A DNA stretch of 59,633 nucleotides from a virus (IMGVR_UViG_3300023184_000136:1-59633), one strand, 5' to 3'; shown: positions 49,176 through 58,362, numbered from the stretch's first letter. Notes: generated by a model from the sequence alone, not told the origin. Translations and numbers: made by a program.

Positions 49176-50927
49176 ATGGATTTTTTAAAATTGATTAGTG
49201 AAGGTAGAATAGAACAGTTTGAAACAAAGTACGGTAAAAAGTTTTCACCTGAACAACTAAAAAGAATGAGTAAACTTATTCCACCAAAGTATTTGGATTG
49301 GGTGGGTAAAAATATCGATTCAATTAACTTTGATGAGAACTTTGATAAATTAGCTGACGCAGTTAATAAATTCGTTTCAATTGGCTCTAACTTACCTGTA
49401 ACAGATTTATATCAATATCCAAATACTACAAAATTATTTCAAGCGTTAGCTGACTACGAAAACAAAACTAGAAGAACTGTAAGAAAAGTTGAAGGTGGTA
49501 ATGTTGTTTATGATGACTCACGTTTTTTTGTTGTTAATCCTTTAACTCATGAATCATCTTGTTATTATGGAAAAGGTACAAAGTGGTGTACTGCGGCGGA
49601 ATCGAATAGCCATTTCAATCGGTACAATGAAGACGGTAAATTATTTTACGTTATTGATAAAAGTCTCCCAACCAACAACCCTGAATATAAAATAGCTATT
49701 CTTAAAAAGTTTGATGGTCTTGAATCATATTGGAACGCCCTTGATGAAAGTATAACTCATGGGTGGATTTTTGGTACAGATGAATTAAAAAAAGTTAACG
49801 AAGGTATTACCAACTATATGGAGGCCGAATATGCTGACCAATTAAAAATATTTAGAGATAAAGAGGCGGCTAAAAAAGAAAGAGATAGATTGGAAAAATT
49901 AAGACTACAAAACATATTAAACGAACAAAGAGCTGAAGCACAAGAGAGAAGAGAAAACGGAGAATGGGATTTAGGTCCCGACTGTCCTGAAGAAGGATTG
50001 AAAGCACACGCCCTTTTAGATTGGCTTGAAAGTAATGATAATGTTGAAGTTAAAACAAACGAAGATAGAATTGAGATTCAAAGATTAAAAGATGAGATTG
50101 AAAGATTAGAAAGTGAGTACGATAATAGTGAAGATGTTAGAACAGATTTGTTAGATGAAAAAGAAACTTTAGAAGATGAACTAGAGACATTAGAAAGTAG
50201 TATTGATGTTTATAATATTATTCCAACAGGTAGACATTATGATATGACTGAATTTGAGGTAATTGATTCAGATGTAGAAGGACGTAGATATGCCGTTGGT
50301 ACACAGGGCGAAGTTGATACAAGTGCTTATGATTGTGTTGATAATCTAATTGATGATATTGGGTATAATGGATTTAATCAAGGATTTGCCCGAGGATATA
50401 TTGATGAAGAAGCGGTTGCCTCTTATGCTGAAGAGGTTTATGATGATGATGTTAGAGACAACCCAGAGTCTTATTTTGATGATAGCGAAAGACAACTTTC
50501 AAGCGAACAAGATGAAAAGATAGAAATATTAGATAGTAGAATAGAACAGACTGAGGCTTTAATTGAGAGACTTGAAAATGAAATGACTGGTGATGATTCA
50601 GATATTGAGGAACAAATAGATGAACTTAATGATAGAATTACCGAATACAAAGATGAAATTGAAGAAATTGAAGCAGACCCCGAGGGTGAGTTTCCTGATG
50701 ACTTGATTAACGATAAAGTTAGTGACTTGGTTTCAGATGTAAGACGTGACCCAGAAGAGTTTATGGAAACATTTGGATTGAATTGGGAAGACTATATTGA
50801 CAAAGATGATTTCATTCAAGGAGTTATAGATTCTGATGGATATGGTTCTTGTTTAAGTAGTTATGATGGAAATTCGGATGAGGTATATGTCCAAGGACAA
50901 CTATTTTACGTAATCAGAATTGATTAA
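49176..50927 (+). CDS. WCT-motif (PcfJ-related) domain protein with acidic coiled-coil C-terminus
   Basis: SCYYGKGTKWCTAA...FNRY..DGKLF is paralogous to 33955..35301; TATTTATC at 49156. Confidence 0.7.
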   Translation: MDFLKLISEGRIEQFETKYGKKFSPEQLKRMSKLIPPKYLDWVGKNIDSINFDENFDKLADAVNKFVSIGSNLPVTDLYQYPNTTKLFQALADYENKTRRTVRKVEGGNVVYDDSRFFVVNPLTHESSCYYGKGTKWCTAAESNSHFNRYNEDGKLFYVIDKSLPTNNPEYKIAILKKFDGLESYWNALDESITHGWIFGTDELKKVNEGITNYMEAEYADQLKIFRDKEAAKKERDRLEKLRLQNILNEQRAEAQERRENGEWDLGPDCPEEGLKAHALLDWLESNDNVEVKTNEDRIEIQRLKDEIERLESEYDNSEDVRTDLLDEKETLEDELETLESSIDVYNIIPTGRHYDMTEFEVIDSDVEGRRYAVGTQGEVDTSAYDCVDNLIDDIGYNGFNQGFARGYIDEEAVASYAEEVYDDDVRDNPESYFDDSERQLSSEQDEKIEILDSRIEQTEALIERLENEMTGDDSDIEEQIDELNDRITEYKDEIEEIEADPEGEFPDDLINDKVSDLVSDVRRDPEEFMETFGLNWEDYIDKDDFIQGVIDSDGYGSCLSSYDGNSDEVYVQGQLFYVIRID

Positions 50928-50953
50928 AATTAAATTTAAAGTTATATTTTGGT

Positions 50954-51733
50954 ATGGCAAGAAAAAAGAAGATGTCGTTTAAGCTTAATCCCGAATGGTT
51001 ATTGAAGGAGCCGGTTGACTTTGAATACAACAAATATACTTTATTGGACTACTTGCAAAAGTGTGAAAAAGGTTTCGACAGGTTAGAGATATATCCTGAC
51101 TTCGTTGAGTTATCACTACATCTTGCAAACTTACAATCATTAGTTAAAGAAAATACTTTATTACTTACAAAAAAGAAATTTGAATCTTGTGATGATGAGA
51201 TTCTATTGAAAGAACTCTACCCAAAAAAACCAAGAGATTTAAGTACCGAAGAGGAAAATGAATTAGATAAAACCATCAAGTATTCGGGTAATAAACTATT
51301 CGACGCATTCAATATGGCAAAGTCAATTTGGAACATGGCTTATGATGCGGTTACCATCTCAATTAAAAAGAATAAACATTCTTTAAATGGAGGATTAGGT
51401 TACATCTTTTATTATGATAAGGAAGATGTAAAATTATATGTTTGGGAATATCAAATCAAGAAAGTCAAAGGTGATGATGTTAATAATAAAACGCACCTTA
51501 ATCTAATCTACAAAGACGAGCCGAAAGATATTACTCTTTCATCATTAATAGATACGTACTCAACGTGGAAAGATTTAGGAGACCATCATGATTTTTCAGT
51601 ATTTGAAATGAAAACAACACATAGATTCCCAATGGATGCAACCCTAATTCCAATTATGAAAAGAAAAGTGATGGCATATGTTTTCCAAGTAGTTAATTTA
51701 GAAAAGATAAAAAACTTTGACTCAGAAGATTAA
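50954..51733 (+). CDS. hypothetical protein
   Basis: 259-aa ORF (PVDFEYNKYTLLDYLQ). Confidence 0.75.
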   Translation: MARKKKMSFKLNPEWLLKEPVDFEYNKYTLLDYLQKCEKGFDRLEIYPDFVELSLHLANLQSLVKENTLLLTKKKFESCDDEILLKELYPKKPRDLSTEEENELDKTIKYSGNKLFDAFNMAKSIWNMAYDAVTISIKKNKHSLNGGLGYIFYYDKEDVKLYVWEYQIKKVKGDDVNNKTHLNLIYKDEPKDITLSSLIDTYSTWKDLGDHHDFSVFEMKTTHRFPMDATLIPIMKRKVMAYVFQVVNLEKIKNFDSED

Positions 51734-51751
51734 ATTTCCTATATTTGTTTT

Positions 51752-51973
51752 ATGGGATTTAATCAACGTTATGTAAGTTTTGAGAGATGCTATAACGCAT
51801 TAACCAATGGTGGTTTAAAAAACTATTATGGAAAAAGTGATGGACTCACTTTTGAAGATGATGAAAGTGTAAAGATATATGAACTATTCGTTCAGGGAAA
51901 AACTGATGAAGAAATTCTATCAATTATAAATAACAAAAAAAACATGGAGGAAACAACCAATGAAGTGTATTAA
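51752..51973 (+). CDS. hypothetical protein
   Basis: TATATTTG at 51740, 4 nt before the ATG. Confidence 0.65.
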   Translation: MGFNQRYVSFERCYNALTNGGLKNYYGKSDGLTFEDDESVKIYELFVQGKTDEEILSIINNKKNMEETTNEVY

Positions 51974-52208
51974 AGCATTACGAGCAGGAAAAGATGTACA
52001 AGTAGGTGACATCAAAAGAGTAGACGAAAAAACAGCCTATAACATGGTGGGTTCATCATGGGCTTACATTTCCAAAACAGAATGGAAATTATCAAGAGGT
52101 AAAAAAGTTGCTGAAGAAGTAACAGAACAATCAAGTGACCAACCAACCGAACAAGTTGAAAAGAAACCTTACAAGAAAGGTAGTAAACCTGAAAAAAATT
52201 CTAAGTAA
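51960..52208 (+). CDS. hypothetical basic protein
   Basis: 82-aa ORF coupled to its neighbours. Confidence 0.65.
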   Translation: MKCIKALRAGKDVQVGDIKRVDEKTAYNMVGSSWAYISKTEWKLSRGKKVAEEVTEQSSDQPTEQVEKKPYKKGSKPEKNSK

Positions 52209-52435
52209 TGGTACAAAATGAAATGGTAAATGGACCTGCTCATTATGGCGGGGTGGATAATCCATACGAAGTAATTAAAGTCTGCGAAGCTTGGGGATTA
52301 GATTTCGATGCGTATCTTTTCAACGTGGTTAAATATGTTGCAAGGGCTGGTAAGAAAGATGAAACAAAAGAACTTGAAGATTTGAAAAAGGCTGCATTTT
52401 ATTTAGACCGTAAAATTAAAAACTTAGAGAAATGA
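52208..52435 (+). CDS. DUF3310-family protein
   Basis: VNGPAHY, NVVKYVARAGKK, EDLKKAAFYL. Confidence 0.85.
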   Translation: MVQNEMVNGPAHYGGVDNPYEVIKVCEAWGLDFDAYLFNVVKYVARAGKKDETKELEDLKKAAFYLDRKIKNLEK

Positions 52436-52866
52436 TATATTGGTTAACAGGACAACCTGGTGCTGGTAAGACAACATTAGCCACTTGGATACAATCAAGT
52501 TTTCCCAATAAGTCTATGATTGTGGATGGGGACGACCTTCGTGAAATCTTTATTAACAAAGACTACAGCGAGGAAGGTAGACGTAAGAATATTGAGAAGG
52601 CTCAGATACTTGCCAAATTTTTACATCATAAAGGATATACTGTGATTGTATCTTTAGTATCACCTTTTAGGGACCAAAGAGAAGAATTCAAGGTAGAGAT
52701 GAAAGATGATTTAATAGAGGTATATGTACATACCCAAAATGTTAGAGGTAGAGAACAGTTTCACGTAAACTATGAAGAACCTTTAAGTCTCTTCATTGAT
52801 TGTGACACTACAGATAGTAGTGAGTATGCAACATTTTTAGAATTAAGAAGAAAATTAAAAATATAA
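52432..52866 (+). CDS. cysC: adenylylsulfate (APS) kinase
   Basis: WLTGQPGAGKTT, DGDDLR, SLVSPF...R, EVYV, YEEP. Confidence 0.85.
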   Translation: MIYWLTGQPGAGKTTLATWIQSSFPNKSMIVDGDDLREIFINKDYSEEGRRKNIEKAQILAKFLHHKGYTVIVSLVSPFRDQREEFKVEMKDDLIEVYVHTQNVRGREQFHVNYEEPLSLFIDCDTTDSSEYATFLELRRKLKI

Positions 52867-53267
52867 TGGAAAAAATTCACGTAGAAGGAGACCCGAAACT
52901 AAAGAATACTCAAGGTAAACAATATTCAATGTTTATCGGAAGATGGCAACCGTGGCATTCTGGTCACAAATGGTTAATTGACCAAAGATTAAAGGAAGGT
53001 AAAAATGTTTTGATTTGTATCAGAGATGTCAAACCTGATGAAAAAAACCCCTTTACCACTGAACAAGTTCATTCGAATATATTATTTGAATTGTTGGATT
53101 TAATTAGTGAAGGAAGAGTTGAAATTATCAAAATCCCTGACATCGAATCAGTAAACTTTGGTAGAGGAGTTGGTTATGATATTATTGAACATATACCACC
53201 AACAGAAATAAGTGAGATATCGGCAACTAAAATTAGAGAACAATTAAAACAAGAGGGAAAGTTATGA
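52866..53267 (+). CDS. HIGH-superfamily nucleotidyltransferase (NadM/cytidyltransferase-like)
   Basis: FIGRWQPWHSGH, KNPF, GRGVGY, ISATKIR. Confidence 0.8.
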   Translation: MEKIHVEGDPKLKNTQGKQYSMFIGRWQPWHSGHKWLIDQRLKEGKNVLICIRDVKPDEKNPFTTEQVHSNILFELLDLISEGRVEIIKIPDIESVNFGRGVGYDIIEHIPPTEISEISATKIREQLKQEGKL

Positions 53268-54118
53268 TAGAAGATTACATAGGGAAAGTTATTAATGGGG
53301 ATTGTATTGAAGTGATGGCGAAGATGCCAGAATCTTCTGTGGATTTAATTGTAACGTCACCACCTTATGGTGTTGGAATTGCTTACGACTCATTCAACGA
53401 CGACATTGAATTTGAACAATATAAATTATTCAGTGCTAGTTGGTTAAGAGAGGCTTATAGAGTGTTAAAAGATGACGGCAGAATTGCCTTAAACATTCCT
53501 TATGAAATTAACAGACAAGACAAAGGTGGAAGAATACTGATGGTGTCTGAACTTTGGCAAGTGATGAAGAGTATTGGTTACAAGTTTTATGGTATTGTGG
53601 ATTTAGAAGAAGATTCTCCACATAGAAGTAAGACTACTGCGTGGGGTTCATGGATGTCACCATCGGCACCTTATATCTATAACCCAAAAGAATGTGTGTT
53701 GTTGGCGTATAAAAAGACTCATATAAAAAAGATTAAGGGAGAACCTGAATGGGTTGGTGAGGTTATGGATATTGAACAGGAAGATGGGACAACAAAAAAG
53801 AAAACAATGTATCAAGATGAACATAAGAAAGAATTTATGGAGTTGGTATACGGACAGTGGGATTATTTTGCTGATACAAAACAAATGACTAAGGCAACAT
53901 TCTCAATGGATATTCCAATGAAAGCTATTAAAATTCTAACATACAGGAACGATATTGTTCTTGACCCATTTACAGGTTCTGGTACAAGTATTTGTGCCGC
54001 TGAGATTGGTGGACGTAGGTGGATAGGGATTGAATTAAGTGAGAATTATTCTAAGGTGGCGAAAGACAGAGTTCAACATTTTATTGATAAAAAGAAACAA
54101 ACTAAATTAGATTTATAA
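53264..54118 (+). CDS. DNA amino-methyltransferase, beta class
   Basis: TSPPY...ATFS...DPFTGSGTS. Confidence 0.9.
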   Translation: MIEDYIGKVINGDCIEVMAKMPESSVDLIVTSPPYGVGIAYDSFNDDIEFEQYKLFSASWLREAYRVLKDDGRIALNIPYEINRQDKGGRILMVSELWQVMKSIGYKFYGIVDLEEDSPHRSKTTAWGSWMSPSAPYIYNPKECVLLAYKKTHIKKIKGEPEWVGEVMDIEQEDGTTKKKTMYQDEHKKEFMELVYGQWDYFADTKQMTKATFSMDIPMKAIKILTYRNDIVLDPFTGSGTSICAAEIGGRRWIGIELSENYSKVAKDRVQHFIDKKKQTKLDL

Positions 54119-54120
54119 TT

Positions 54121-54146
54121 AAAGGGTCGTTATGACCCTTTTTTTT
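54121..54146 (+). terminator. intrinsic terminator
   Basis: AAAGGGTC-gttat-GACCCTTTTTTTT. Confidence 0.8.
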
Positions 54147-54181
54147 ATTTACAGGATATTTATAAGGATATTATAAATAAA

Positions 54182-55141
54182 ATGGCTGACATCGTTATAA
54201 ACAAAAAACAATTAAATTTAATCAAGGAACAACAAGTACTTAACGAGTCGTTGTTAAGCATCGAGAATGTATTAATGGCTGTTGGATTCGTACCTGTTAT
54301 TGGAGAATTGGCTGACATTGCTTTAATATGCTATTATCTTTATAAAGGTGAAAAATTATACGCGGCGTTAATGTTGATTGCTCTTATACCTACAGTTGGT
54401 GATTTTATTGTTAAACCAATTATAAAATTATTTCAAGGTAGTAGAAAAGGAGCGGTTGCGTTAAAAACTGGCGGTGTAAAATTAACTGAGTATTTAGCCA
54501 AAAATCCTGAAGCTGCTGCTAAATTTGCTAAATTAGGAAAATATGTAAAAACTCCTGCAGTTGAAAAAACAGTACAGGGGATTACAAAGGTGAACTCAAG
54601 CTTAGGTTCAAAATTAAAATCAGGATTGAGTGAAATAAGTGGAGGAAGTGTTATTGCCGGAACCAAGGCAGCTGCAAAAGAAGTTGCTGCGGGAGGTAAA
54701 TTTGGTAAAGGACTTAAGGACTATTTTCAAGGAGAAAGATTAACTAATTACTTTGTTAAACATGGTGTTGCACCTGAAACTGGAATTAAAAGATGGTGGT
54801 TGAACGTACAAGCTGGTGGAGATAGAAGAGCTGCGTTCAGAAAATTTATTAGTACTAATAATTTACTTGCTTACTTTGGAATTCCTTCTTTGACAACATT
54901 TGAAAGGAAGATGTCTGAAGATGCTGAATTTAGAAAAAAAGTTGCTGATGACCCTAAAACAAGTGACTACATTGCCAAGAATTATAATGATGACTCTAAA
55001 AAATCGTCAGAATCACAAGCATCTAACAACACGGCACAAACCACACAAACTACACCAAATAAAAACGATAACCCATTAGTAGGATTAATTGGAGGTTTGT
55101 TTAATAATCAATTAGGTAAAGCCGCCTTATCAACAATTTAA
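54182..55141 (+). CDS. putative virion/ejected membrane protein with pre-toxin TG-like hairpin
   Basis: AVGFVPVIGELADIA...AALMLIALIPTVGD; TATTTATA at 54157. Confidence 0.55.
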   Translation: MADIVINKKQLNLIKEQQVLNESLLSIENVLMAVGFVPVIGELADIALICYYLYKGEKLYAALMLIALIPTVGDFIVKPIIKLFQGSRKGAVALKTGGVKLTEYLAKNPEAAAKFAKLGKYVKTPAVEKTVQGITKVNSSLGSKLKSGLSEISGGSVIAGTKAAAKEVAAGGKFGKGLKDYFQGERLTNYFVKHGVAPETGIKRWWLNVQAGGDRRAAFRKFISTNNLLAYFGIPSLTTFERKMSEDAEFRKKVADDPKTSDYIAKNYNDDSKKSSESQASNNTAQTTQTTPNKNDNPLVGLIGGLFNNQLGKAALSTI

Positions 55142-55151
55142 AATAAAAGAT

Positions 55152-55523
55152 ATGAAAGAAGAAATAACACTCAAACTTGTCCAAATACAATTACAGTTCA
55201 AATTTTTACATTGGCAAACATTTGGAGATGCTAAACATAAAGCTTATGGAGAAATTTATGAGGCTATGGGAGGTAATATAGATAAGTTAGTAGAGGCTAT
55301 GATGGGAAAATATGGAAGAGTCCAATTTGATTCAGAATTTTCTATTATGTTCCAAGACATCTCAGCATTAAGTGTTCAAAACTTTATGGATGGAATCACT
55401 GAATTCTTAGTGGGTATGACAGAACAATTAGACCCAAAATATGATAGTGACTTATTAAACATCAGAGATGAAATTTTGGGTGACATAAATCAAACAAAAT
55501 ACAGACTTACATTAAAATATTAA
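55152..55523 (+). CDS. ferritin/Dps-like protein (DUF5856-like)
   Basis: LHWQT...AKHKA.GE.YE.....D.LVEA.MG, DLLNIRDEIL. Confidence 0.7.
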   Translation: MKEEITLKLVQIQLQFKFLHWQTFGDAKHKAYGEIYEAMGGNIDKLVEAMMGKYGRVQFDSEFSIMFQDISALSVQNFMDGITEFLVGMTEQLDPKYDSDLLNIRDEILGDINQTKYRLTLKY

Positions 55524-55524
55524 T

Positions 55525-55869
55525 ATGGCAAAAAAAGTAATACGATTGACTGAGGCTGACTTAACAAATGTCATCAAGAGAGTAATCACAGAACAAAGTG
55601 AAGAAAGAAATATCACAAGGGCTATTCAAAAGTTTTTAAACAAAACAATGAAAGCAGGATTAAGTGAAGATGGTAGAACAGGACGTAATTCTGCAACAGA
55701 AGCAGCAATTTCAAAATACCAATCTAGAATTGGAGTATATCCTTCAGATGGTACGTGGGGTCCAAACACATGGGATAAGATGCCGGAACAAGATAGAAAA
55801 TTATTGAAGGACCTTATTGCTAAAGAGGGTGGACCCGTGGATACATTTTTAAATTGGTTAGGAGTTTAA
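55525..55869 (+). CDS. peptidoglycan-binding domain protein
   Basis: IQKFLN...DGRTGRNSATEAAISKYQ...DGTWGPNT. Confidence 0.75.
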   Translation: MAKKVIRLTEADLTNVIKRVITEQSEERNITRAIQKFLNKTMKAGLSEDGRTGRNSATEAAISKYQSRIGVYPSDGTWGPNTWDKMPEQDRKLLKDLIAKEGGPVDTFLNWLGV

Positions 55870-57266
55870 TGAAAAAAATAATATCAGAATCAGGATTAAG
55901 AGACATTTCAGCTTTAAGGAAAAGATATCCTAAAGCTGAAATTTATTTTCACCAAGACTTGGACGGTGTCACAACCGCTATTGCGATGAAGAAATATCTT
56001 GAAGATAATGGTATTAAGGTTGTTGGTTCTCACATAATTCAATACGGAGATAAAGAATTTGCCGTTAAAAAGAATGATGCTAAAGGAGACGTAATGCCGG
56101 TTTTAGTTGATTTTGCTCATGGTAAACCAATGTTCAAGATACATACGGACCACCATGATAGACAAGTAGGTGCTGATAAAGACACATCAAAGTCATTCAG
56201 ACAAGCTCGTTCAAATGTTGAAACAATATCTCAAATTGTTTCTCCAAAAGATTTATTTCCAAGTTCGGATGTCCTTTTAATTAATACTGTAGACTCTGCA
56301 GATTTTGCCCGTCAGAATATTACACCTGAAGATGTTGTAAATTACCTTTTTCGTTTTGATAAAGAATTACCACTTCAAAAAAACAAAATGTTATTAGGGT
56401 TTGTTATTAACAAATTAGTTTTAGCTTTCAAAAACAGACCAGGATTTTTGGAAGGATTGGTTATGGATAGTGAGCCTTCATTAATGTCAATTCTTACTAA
56501 CATAAAGAAATGGATGAAAGAAACTAATGCCGTTGGTACAGAAGAACTTCAACATAATGCCAAAGACTATATGAAATCAATGGAAGGGGTTCCAAAAGTT
56601 GAAGATAGTATTATATCTCAATACGGAGGAGGTTCAATGTTTAAACCAGGTTCATATGACCGTTATACCCCTTTTAAGAACAATCCTGACGCTGATTTTT
56701 TAATCATGTCTTGGCCAATGGGGTTAGTTCAAGCGTCTTGTAATCCATTTAAAAAGGACAGAGAATTGAAAGGAGTTAACTTAGGTGAGATAGCTCAAGA
56801 AGTTTTGGGAAGATGGGAGTCTAAACTTAAAGAAAAGATGATTCCTTTGTCTACAGTTAAATGGGTTAGTGAAACAAGCGTTGGACCTGAAAGTATTGGA
56901 TTTACATTTCAAGACTTTAATGCCATTTATGGTGGAAAGTTTGAGAACCTACCAAACGGAGAAAAAGCGCTTAATCATATTAAAGATATGATGGAGACAC
57001 CATTCAAAGACTTACCTGAGGAACATAGAGAAATGTTAGATAAGATTAAAGTAAGTGCGTGGGATATAATTCAAGCCAATTCAGGAGGTCACAAATGTAT
57101 TACAAACATCGGAGGTTTAAGTTATTTAGGGAGAGGTACAAGACCACCTCAAGGAACATATCGTTATGACTCAAACAAAGAAGACCATCCGTACGTTAAG
57201 TTCGTGAAGATGATTGCCCAAGAATTTGAAAATAAATTAAAAGAGAAGATTCAAGAATCAAAATAA
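55869..57266 (+). CDS. DHH-family phosphoesterase
   Basis: HQDLDG, VDFAH, HTDHH, VDSAD, C-terminal GGH. Confidence 0.75.
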   Translation: MKKIISESGLRDISALRKRYPKAEIYFHQDLDGVTTAIAMKKYLEDNGIKVVGSHIIQYGDKEFAVKKNDAKGDVMPVLVDFAHGKPMFKIHTDHHDRQVGADKDTSKSFRQARSNVETISQIVSPKDLFPSSDVLLINTVDSADFARQNITPEDVVNYLFRFDKELPLQKNKMLLGFVINKLVLAFKNRPGFLEGLVMDSEPSLMSILTNIKKWMKETNAVGTEELQHNAKDYMKSMEGVPKVEDSIISQYGGGSMFKPGSYDRYTPFKNNPDADFLIMSWPMGLVQASCNPFKKDRELKGVNLGEIAQEVLGRWESKLKEKMIPLSTVKWVSETSVGPESIGFTFQDFNAIYGGKFENLPNGEKALNHIKDMMETPFKDLPEEHREMLDKIKVSAWDIIQANSGGHKCITNIGGLSYLGRGTRPPQGTYRYDSNKEDHPYVKFVKMIAQEFENKLKEKIQESK

Positions 57267-57605
57267 GTATTCAACGGTATCACCAGGTTGAATATTCAAC
57301 TCTTCGCAAGTTCCACCATCCAATTCCAAAACTATATTACCTCTACCACAATAAGATGGGCAAGGTTTTTTATTACATGGAGGACAATTGGAGTGTATAT
57401 TAACAATAACGTTATTTTTAATCATTATTATATCTAAAGGTATAATACAGTTCTTCATCCAAAAACATTGTTTCTTTCCACCCATTAAGAATAACAAACC
57501 TTCAAAAGATTTATTAAACTTTTTACCCATCATCCCAATTCTTTGGGATTTTTCATCAACAAGTGTTTTGATTTTAAAAATATTATTGTTAACTTTAACT
57601 CTCAT
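57258..57605 (-). CDS. DUF192-family protein
   Basis: GMM, GLLF, FWMKN..IPLDII, PC...PC.SY, VLEL.GG. Confidence 0.85.
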   Translation of the reverse strand: MRVKVNNNIFKIKTLVDEKSQRIGMMGKKFNKSFEGLLFLMGGKKQCFWMKNCIIPLDIIMIKNNVIVNIHSNCPPCNKKPCPSYCGRGNIVLELDGGTCEELNIQPGDTVEYLF

Positions 57606-57619
57606 AACTAATAAATACC

Positions 57620-58039
57620 ATGGATAAAAAAAGATACACAGGAATCATCGTAAAATGTGGAGATAAAATCTTACTTTGTAAAAGAAATAACTTAGGTTCA
57701 TTCCCGGGAATGTGGTCAATACCTGGAGGTAAACTTGAAGAAGATGAGACAACTCAAGAGGGTGCGAAGAGAGAATTCTTTGAAGAAACTGCGGTTGACA
57801 TCCAAGACCAAGAGTTAACTTTTGTTGGTATGATACCTCGACACACCAGAGATGGTAAGAAGATTAAAGGATTGATGTATGTGTATTTATTAAAAGTTGA
57901 TAGCCCAATTCATCCTGATTTGGTTAATGCTATCGATGGAGAAGAACACACTGAATGTGGTTATTTTTCTATTGATGAAATAACCGAAGAGAAGTCAGGT
58001 GAGTATCTTCATAAACTCGCAGAAATAGTTTTACAATGA
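57620..58039 (+). CDS. Nudix hydrolase
   Basis: Nudix box GGKLEEDETTQEGAKREFFEETA. Confidence 0.9.
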   Translation: MDKKRYTGIIVKCGDKILLCKRNNLGSFPGMWSIPGGKLEEDETTQEGAKREFFEETAVDIQDQELTFVGMIPRHTRDGKKIKGLMYVYLLKVDSPIHPDLVNAIDGEEHTECGYFSIDEITEEKSGEYLHKLAEIVLQ

Positions 58040-58152
58040 TAGTTGATGTAATAATATTCGGACTTATGGCAGTAGTAATTGTCGTTGGACTTTATGGTTG
58101 GTGGTCAATAGAGAGACAAATTAAAAAAAATATTGACGATATGGACCTTTAA
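58036..58152 (+). CDS. 38-aa membrane peptide (absent from ORF track)
   Basis: MIVDVIIFGLMAVVIVVGLYGWWSIERQ...; ATGA overlap with the Nudix gene. Confidence 0.5.
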   Translation: MIVDVIIFGLMAVVIVVGLYGWWSIERQIKKNIDDMDL

Positions 58153-58254
58153 TTGAAAAAAAGTATTACCTTTGTAAGACTTTGATGGAAATGGAGATAT
58201 TTATATTTCCACACCTGAAAAGGTGAACATCCCCAAAAAATAGTTTCATAGAAA

Positions 58255-58286
58255 TTTGGCAGTGTCAAAACTGTTGATTACTTTTG
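58255..58286 (+). promoter_or_regulatory. Bacteroidetes sigma70 promoter P1 (TTTG-N20-TACTTTTG)
   Basis: Consensus -33/-7 elements with an A-rich upstream tract. Confidence 0.75.
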
Positions 58287-58362
58287 TGAGACAACCCTAT
58301 CCCACAAGTGAAAAGATTGAGAGATTTGATTAACTTGTGGGGTTTTTTATCGGATGTTGTTT

